Shown here: positions 24,503-28,843 of the stretch, piece by piece
How positions within the stretch are numbered: position 1 is the stretch's first letter
Layout: every line of letters starts with the position of its first letter
DNA from: a virus
Taxonomy: Duplodnaviria > Caudoviricetes
DNA length: 28,843 nucleotides
Strand: one strand, 5' to 3'
Virus record (IMG/VR): IMGVR_UViG_3300043449_000705
Coordinates: 1 to 28,843 of that record
Made by a program: the position numbers and the translations under genes
The notes under the pieces: generated by a model
Database searches by the model: none
What the model saw: the letters and a program-made list of their open reading frames with translations, nothing else
What the model was told of the DNA's origin: nothing

Positions 24503-24721
24503 GCGCACCGTGCGCTCGACCGCTTGGCCGCGACGCCTGCCCGTGGCGATGTGGGCCACACAGGACTTCGAGACATCGAACTTGAGCGCCACCTCGGCGT
24601 AACTCAGCCCAGCCTCCAGCAGCGCCAGCACCTGATCGACTTCACTGTCCAGGAGTTTGGCTCGCGGGTGCGATTGGCCAATTCGCCTTCCGTTTTCATT
24701 GAGTGCGACCAGTTTCTGCAT
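24488..24721 (-). CDS. Small helix-turn-helix DNA-binding protein, 77 aa; candidate late-gene activator
   Basis: Start ATG 24721 after SD AAGGAG. GQSHPRAKLLDSEV..GLSYAEVALKFDVSKSCVAHI is an HTH resembling the DNA-binding tail of HNH homing endonucleases and sigma region 4. Confidence 0.78.
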   Translation of the reverse strand: MQKLVALNENGRRIGQSHPRAKLLDSEVDQVLALLEAGLSYAEVALKFDVSKSCVAHIATGRRRGQAVERTVRVSVS

Positions 24722-24789
24722 TTTTTGCGCGCTCCTTCCAGGCCAGGGATGAATCCGCATGGAATGTTGACTCAGCATGTATTGACCCC

Positions 24790-24930
24790 CGTTACTTGCA
24801 ACAAATGCAATGTCTTCTAGACAGACATTGCATTGCATTGCAGTTTTTGTAACTCCGCAACACTGCAACAAATTGCAAGTTGCACAAAATGTTGCAGTGT
24901 TGCACCGCCCAATCCGCAAAATGTTGCACG
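24790..24930. repeat. AT-rich iteron/palindrome cluster, putative replication origin
   Basis: 11 TGCA cores in about 130 bp; 12-bp inverted repeat 24804-24815/24823-24834; 14-bp inverted repeat 24857-24870/24890-24903; direct repeat CAAAATGTTGCA at 24885 and 24917. Just downstream of the primase-helicase and glutaredoxin genes. Confidence 0.7.
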
Positions 24931-24931
24931 T

Positions 24932-25171
24932 TCATACCTCACCCCCGATCTGGTCCAACGCAGCGCGCAACCCCGCCAGGCCACCAACGCGCTGGCCTTC
25001 GATAAAGACCTGGGGCATCTGGCGCACGCCTGCGTGGGCGTCGATGAAGCTGGCGCGCTCGGCGTCGCTGTCGAGGTTGACCTCGGAGTAGGTCAGGCCC
25101 TTGGACTTGAGCAGCGCCTTAACCGCCACGCAGTTGGGGCAGTTGCTCTTGGTGTAAATCGTGATGTTCAT
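24932..25171 (-). CDS. Glutaredoxin / NrdH-like redoxin, 79 aa
   Basis: MNITIYTKSNCPNC..RQMPQVFIEGQRVGG (CxxC, cis-Pro and GG motifs). Start at 25171 after SD AAAGGA. Confidence 0.88.
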   Translation of the reverse strand: MNITIYTKSNCPNCVAVKALLKSKGLTYSEVNLDSDAERASFIDAHAGVRQMPQVFIEGQRVGGLAGLRAALDQIGGEV

Positions 25172-25184
25172 CTGTTCAGTCCTT

Positions 25185-27191
25185 TCAGCACACGGCGATG
25201 CAGCCATCGTCTGCCAGCCAGTAGGGTGAGTCATCGCCCGAGCACAGCGACTCGAGCGCCTTGCGGGCACGAATCTTGCGGGTGTCACGCTTGCCATCGG
25301 TGGGCGGGTCCATGCGCTTGACCGCCTCGACCAGCACGGGGCCGACCTCGATGCCCTCGGTCTGGGCGACCGCGAACTCCTGGATCACGCCGTTGACCAC
25401 CTTCTCGACCACGCCCATCTTGCGGGCAGGCCCGGCCCCGATCACTGGCATGGCCGTCTCGATCACCACGCAGCTGGTGATGGGCTCCAGGTCCTCATCC
25501 ACACCGATCTGCACCACCTCGAGATCGAACCCCCACTCCAGCTGGTCCTCGCCGTCCTTGCTCTTGGTCAAGCGCAGCGCGCGCCCCGTGGCACCGCGCA
25601 CCACCTCGAGCTCGGCGTCCGCTGCAGCGCGCAACCCTGACCAGCCCCTGGCCCCCTTGGTGGGGTCCTTGCCCGCGTGGTGCACCAGCACGACCACAGC
25701 GCCCGTGGCGCGGTGGATGCCCTTGCAGTGGGCCAGGGCCTTGCCCATGTCCTCGCCTGCGTTCTCGTTGGCTCCAGGTGTTGTCTGGGCAAAGGTGTCG
25801 ACGATCACCACGTCAGCACCCCCGCTCGCCTTGATGGCCTTGGCCACGTCGAGCGCGTCGTCTTTCAGGATCAGGTTGGGTGCGGCGTGGATGACACCGA
25901 TGTCGAGCTCGGCCAGATCCACCTGGTGCTGGGTGGCATAAGCCTGCATGCGGTTGCGAAAACCCCCGGCACCCTCGGCGGCGATGTAGACCACCCTGCC
26001 CTGCTTGACCTTCTTGCCCCGCCACGGCAGGCCCCGGGCGATGGCCCCGGCCATGTCCAAGGCCATGAAGCTCTTGCCCGCCCCGCTGGCACCGTAGAGC
26101 ACCACCAGCTCGGCCTGGGGCAGGACGTGCTTGATGATCCAGGTGGGCGCGGGGCGGTTGGTGAACTCTTGCGCGGTGAGCACCTGGAAGCGCATCGGCT
26201 TCTCGGGTACATGATCGCTCGACATGTCGTAATTCTCGAATTCCTGCGACACGTCATCGACCAGCGCCTCGAACTCCTCCATCGCAGCTGGACCGTTCAG
26301 GGTGAGGCCTGCGCCGTGTTCGTTGGCCAGGTGCACCAGGCTGCGGGCCGTCACGGTGCGGTCGTGCGTCTTGCCAAAGGACGACCAGCGGTGCAGCAGC
26401 ACCTCGCGCCCTGGGAACTTAGACCCAAGCTCGGACCAGTCGGCCCACAGGTCGAACCCCTCGCCGCGGGTCTCGTGGTGCAGCGCCATGCCCACACTCA
26501 ACCACTCGTCGTGGCCGATGTCGGCGTCGATCACGCTCAGGCAGCGGTCGATCTGAGCCAGGGTGAGACCCAACGGCTCGCCCGCGCTGACGCCGGTCTC
26601 AGGCAGCTCACGCGTGAAGCGCTTGGCGCACAGGGCACGCACCGGGGCGTCGAGCTCGGCAATGGTGTTCTCGTTGCCCAGAATGTCGACGATGTCCAGG
26701 CGGTTGCCGGTGACGGTGACAAACCCCTTGGAGCTGAACACCTCGAACCCGTAGGGCTCGCCGCGGGCTTTTGAATTGCCGTACTGGCCTTTGACGAAGG
26801 CGCGCACGCCGGTGCCGCTCGGACTGTACTCGGCATAGGTGCTGGTGACGATCGCCTCGAGGTCGGGGTGCACTTGGCCATTGGTGACGCAGTGGTCGAA
26901 GTCGAGCGCGCAGATGTTGAACTCGGGCATGGGCACGAAGCCCACGCCATCAAATCCACGGCGAGCGGCAGCGGTGCGCGCCGCGTCAAAGGTGGTCAGT
27001 TGCTGAAGGTCTTGTGGTGACCCTTGCTTGCCGTGGCGCTTGGGTCCGCCCGTGTAGTAGGGGATCTTGCGGGGCCGTTCCTCGCCCTCGTGGTACTCAA
27101 AACGCCACACCAGCCAGGCGGGCAAATTGCGCATCTCGTCGGGGGCGGTGATGCTGGTCAAATGAGGTTTGATGGTGGCCACTGCATTCAT
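25185..27191 (-). CDS. Primase-polymerase/helicase fusion (AEP primase + PriCT-2 + AAA_25/RepA-type helicase), 668 aa
   Basis: ALDFDHC and EYSPSGTG (AEP); HDEWLSVGMALH...W.DWS (PriCT-2); GASGAGKS, VVYIAAEG, VVIVDT, LVHHAGK, RGWSGL (RepA/DnaB-like helicase). Confidence 0.9.
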   Translation of the reverse strand: MNAVATIKPHLTSITAPDEMRNLPAWLVWRFEYHEGEERPRKIPYYTGGPKRHGKQGSPQDLQQLTTFDAARTAAARRGFDGVGFVPMPEFNICALDFDHCVTNGQVHPDLEAIVTSTYAEYSPSGTGVRAFVKGQYGNSKARGEPYGFEVFSSKGFVTVTGNRLDIVDILGNENTIAELDAPVRALCAKRFTRELPETGVSAGEPLGLTLAQIDRCLSVIDADIGHDEWLSVGMALHHETRGEGFDLWADWSELGSKFPGREVLLHRWSSFGKTHDRTVTARSLVHLANEHGAGLTLNGPAAMEEFEALVDDVSQEFENYDMSSDHVPEKPMRFQVLTAQEFTNRPAPTWIIKHVLPQAELVVLYGASGAGKSFMALDMAGAIARGLPWRGKKVKQGRVVYIAAEGAGGFRNRMQAYATQHQVDLAELDIGVIHAAPNLILKDDALDVAKAIKASGGADVVIVDTFAQTTPGANENAGEDMGKALAHCKGIHRATGAVVVLVHHAGKDPTKGARGWSGLRAAADAELEVVRGATGRALRLTKSKDGEDQLEWGFDLEVVQIGVDEDLEPITSCVVIETAMPVIGAGPARKMGVVEKVVNGVIQEFAVAQTEGIEVGPVLVEAVKRMDPPTDGKRDTRKIRARKALESLCSGDDSPYWLADDGCIAVC

Positions 27192-27901
27192 GCCAAGTCT
27201 CCGAACTCAAGCGCTGGGCTCCATTGCGCGCCCATGGCGTCAGCGACGCCCTGATAGGTGCGGCTTCGTTCCTTCCAGCGATCCGCGGAAGGACCCAGGT
27301 TGTTCTGGCCACTGTTGGTCTGATTGCCGTAGACGATCTTGGCGGGGCCGCTGTCGCCGCAGCAGTTGGGGCAACCATGCGCGCCAAGTTCAACAGGAAA
27401 CCGTTGGCCGCACTTGCAGCCGTATCGGCCCGGGTGCTCGTTCGTCGGGGCCAGCAGGGGCAGGTTTTTCAGCCAAAGGCACGTCGCCTTGCTGGCATCC
27501 TCGCCGAACCACCACGGCTGGATGGTTTGATCAGGCTTGCGGATGCGGGTGGAGATGCACCCGATCGGGTTCTCCAACGCGATGCGTTCTATCGGCACGG
27601 ACAACAGGGCGCGAATGAAATCCAGCGCCTCTTCGGTCTGCTGCGCCCGGCCTGGCACGCGTTTGTTCCAGTGCAACCCGGAGCTCGCAAGATAGGTGCA
27701 CGGGGGGTGGGCGATCATCAAGTCCCAGTGTTCGCCGTGCGCTACCTCGAGGGCATCGCCGGTGTAGTGAAACGGGCTGTTGTCTTCAGCGGGCTCGAAC
27801 AGATCACAGGACCACGCGTCGTGGCCACGGGATCGAAAGGCTTCGCGGACTCTGCCGCTGTATTCGCAGGCCACAAGGACCCGCAGTTGGTGTTGAGACA
27901 T
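27188..27901 (-). CDS. Phage DNA (cytosine-5) methyltransferase-like protein, 237 aa
   Basis: VLVACEYSG (variant motif I), AWSCDL, DLMIAHPPCT (catalytic PC), ALENP (motif VI), IQPWWFG..K.TCLWL, RSRTY.G.ADAM..QW. Start set at ATG 27901. Confidence 0.75.
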   Translation of the reverse strand: MSQHQLRVLVACEYSGRVREAFRSRGHDAWSCDLFEPAEDNSPFHYTGDALEVAHGEHWDLMIAHPPCTYLASSGLHWNKRVPGRAQQTEEALDFIRALLSVPIERIALENPIGCISTRIRKPDQTIQPWWFGEDASKATCLWLKNLPLLAPTNEHPGRYGCKCGQRFPVELGAHGCPNCCGDSGPAKIVYGNQTNSGQNNLGPSADRWKERSRTYQGVADAMGAQWSPALEFGDLA

Positions 27902-27917
27902 TTGGCGCTTTCTGAAA

Positions 27918-27987
27918 GCACCTAGGTGGAGGCTGGGCGAAGCGCCAACCTCCCTGCGTGTACAGGTCCCAGCCCCCACCTAGGGGC
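27918..27987 (-). ncRNA. Structured RNA element (long stem closing a branched loop) upstream of the methyltransferase/primase genes
   Basis: CCTAGGTGG-G-GGCTGGG pairs with CCCAGCC-T-CCACCTAGG (17 bp, one G-U only on the minus strand), enclosing CCTG-TACACG-CAGG. No U tract. Family not recognised. Confidence 0.5.
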
Positions 27988-28016
27988 ACACGATTTTTAC
28001 TTGGTTGGCAGGCTGA

Positions 28017-28034
28017 ACTTTAGCAGAAAGTAAA
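28017..28034 (-). promoter_or_regulatory. Extended -10 promoter (TG-C-TAAAGT) overlapped by operator-like TTTAGCAG-AAA-GTAAA
   Basis: 13/16 identical to the site over the cro promoter (28688-28703), in the same register relative to the -10. Confidence 0.55.
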
Positions 28035-28037
28035 ACG

Positions 28038-28211
28038 TCACACCTGACGAGCGTAGGTGCGCAGGAATCGGCCAGTGAAAACGACCTCACCCCGGGCCTT
28101 GGCCTGCTCGGTGTATTCACAGGTCCACTCGGCACGATCGCGGCGCAGCAGGACCACGACGTTGCCGCTGGGCAGCATCAAGCGCATGCCCGTGGCCAGC
28201 GTCTCAATCAT
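28038..28211 (-). CDS. Hypothetical protein, 57 aa
   Basis: MIETLATGMRLMLPSGNVVVLLRRDRAEWTCEYTEQAKARGEVVFTGRFLRTYARQV*. Overlaps the upstream stop, GC3-biased, below the ORF-track cutoff. Confidence 0.65.
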   Translation of the reverse strand: MIETLATGMRLMLPSGNVVVLLRRDRAEWTCEYTEQAKARGEVVFTGRFLRTYARQV

Positions 28212-28353
28212 CGGTCAACCCTGCCGAACGCAGGGCCTCGAGGTTGTGCTCGCGGATCAGTTCATCGTCGCGCGCAGCGGCCATCAGGGCGGCCGTGGCG
28301 AAGCCCGCCATGTAGCAGGCCCAGCACAGGATCAAGACTTGCCACCAGCTCAT
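28204..28353 (-). CDS. Small membrane-anchored hypothetical protein, 49 aa
   Basis: MSWWQVLILCWACYMAGFATAALMAAARDDELIREHNLEALRSAGLTDD*. ATGA overlap with the cro-like stop. Confidence 0.65.
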   Translation of the reverse strand: MSWWQVLILCWACYMAGFATAALMAAARDDELIREHNLEALRSAGLTDD

Positions 28354-28679
28354 AGGGTCAACTCCAGTTGTCGGGCGTCCACGATCGGAAACTCAGAGAT
28401 CACCGCCTGGCCCTTGAGGCACTTCTGCGCGTATTCACACTGCAGGCAGGCCTCGGACAGGTCGGTGCGGTAGATCTTGGGCAGTCGGCCTTTGCTGGCC
28501 TTGTGCATCTCGGCGGTGGAGCGCTCGATGGCTCCGGCGCGTTCGGCGCTGGCCGTGCGGTGCCCGCCCGCGTACTGGTAGAGCATGCCGCGGGTGGTGC
28601 CCACGCGCTCGGCCAGGAGCTCTTGTTCGTCAACGGTGGCGGCGGCCATCCAGGCCTTCATGGAGGTAATGGTTTTCAT
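28350..28679 (-). CDS. Cro-like HTH regulator with C-terminal Cys cluster, 109 aa
   Basis: QELLAERVGTTRGMLYQYAGGHR..SAERA..IE..T (Cro/YdaS-type HTH). Divergent from the repressor-like gene. Confidence 0.8.
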   Translation of the reverse strand: MKTITSMKAWMAAATVDEQELLAERVGTTRGMLYQYAGGHRTASAERAGAIERSTAEMHKASKGRLPKIYRTDLSEACLQCEYAQKCLKGQAVISEFPIVDARQLELTL

Positions 28680-28745
28680 CCGCAGATTTTAGCAGGGTGT
28701 AAAGGTATTGCAGCAAGCTGCGTCTGTTTGCTACCCTGCCGGGCC
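28680..28745. promoter_or_regulatory. Divergent immunity switch: leftward TG-C-TAAAAT (28686-28694), rightward TTGCAG-N18-TACCCT with TG extension, operator-like TTTAGCAGGGTGTAAA (28688-28703)
   Basis: 66-bp gap between divergent HTH genes. Near-consensus extended -10 six bases before the cro ATG. No SD before either start. Confidence 0.65.
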
Positions 28746-28843
28746 ATGAGATCCGTCTACGACCAACGCCGGGACAACCTGCGCGCCCTGATGACCCAGT
28801 GGGGCGGGCCGACCTCAATGGCCAAAAAGCTCGGCCACACCAA
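28746..28843 (+). CDS. CI-like repressor, 5' fragment (runs off window)
   Basis: MRSVYDQRRDNLRALMTQWGGPTSMAKKLGHT... matches the R..NL..L...GG...A..LG start of phage repressor HTH domains. Divergent from the cro-like gene. Confidence 0.72.
   Translation, partial: MRSVYDQRRDNLRALMTQWGGPTSMAKKLGHT

Noticed and set aside
24722-24919. Cys-rich N-terminal extension of the HTH ORF (143-aa version in the ORF track)
   Set aside because: The cysteines come from translating the TGCA repeats. A strong SD supports the start at 24721.
24790-24930. CRISPR-like mini-array
   Set aside because: The repeats are short, in both orientations and irregularly spaced, with no constant repeat-spacer period.
3213-26774. 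Long plus-strand ORFs (e.g. 3213-5417, 5775-6995, 9222-10919, 12236-14122, 14747-16678, 18015-19139, 22664-24073, 25677-26774)
   Set aside because: They are antisense shadows of GC3-rich minus-strand genes, with no recognisable motifs or ribosome-binding sites.
27918-27987. tRNA or intrinsic terminator
   Set aside because: No T-loop GTTCRA, D-loop or 7-bp acceptor geometry, and no U tract after the stem on either strand.

Overview
The window is most of the genome of a temperate, GC-rich podovirus (or its prophage) with BPP-1/epsilon15-like gene order. The host is probably a betaproteobacterium, which is an inference only. Almost everything is on the minus strand. From right to left: 5' end of a divergent cI-like repressor, cro-like gene, two small ORFs, a structured non-coding element, C5 DNA methyltransferase-like gene, primase-helicase, glutaredoxin, an iteron/palindrome-rich putative origin, small HTH protein, terS, a 28-aa membrane peptide, terL, portal, small HExxH protein, Bbp19-like protein, scaffold, major capsid, cement protein, tail adaptor and nozzle, GNAT protein, two ejection proteins, a 2785-aa polyvalent ejection protein, and a tailspike that runs off the left edge and is missing from the ORF track. 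Three observations stand out. (1) The giant ejection protein carries a cassette of GNAT, HhH-GPD glycosylase-like and ADP-ribosyltransferase domains separated by repeated VLN(Q) junctions next to a HExxH protease domain. (2) A 54-aa acidic gene is nested in the +1 frame directly behind the glycosylase-like domain, with its own SD, a palindrome and genome-typical codon bias, and is a candidate antidote. (3) Five copies of a phage-specific late promoter, GTRTCCGTG-N17-nAnnnT, occur, two apparently leaderless, with a candidate HTH activator whose own 3' end contains the first copy. All family calls come from motif recognition and synteny by eye; no searches were run.
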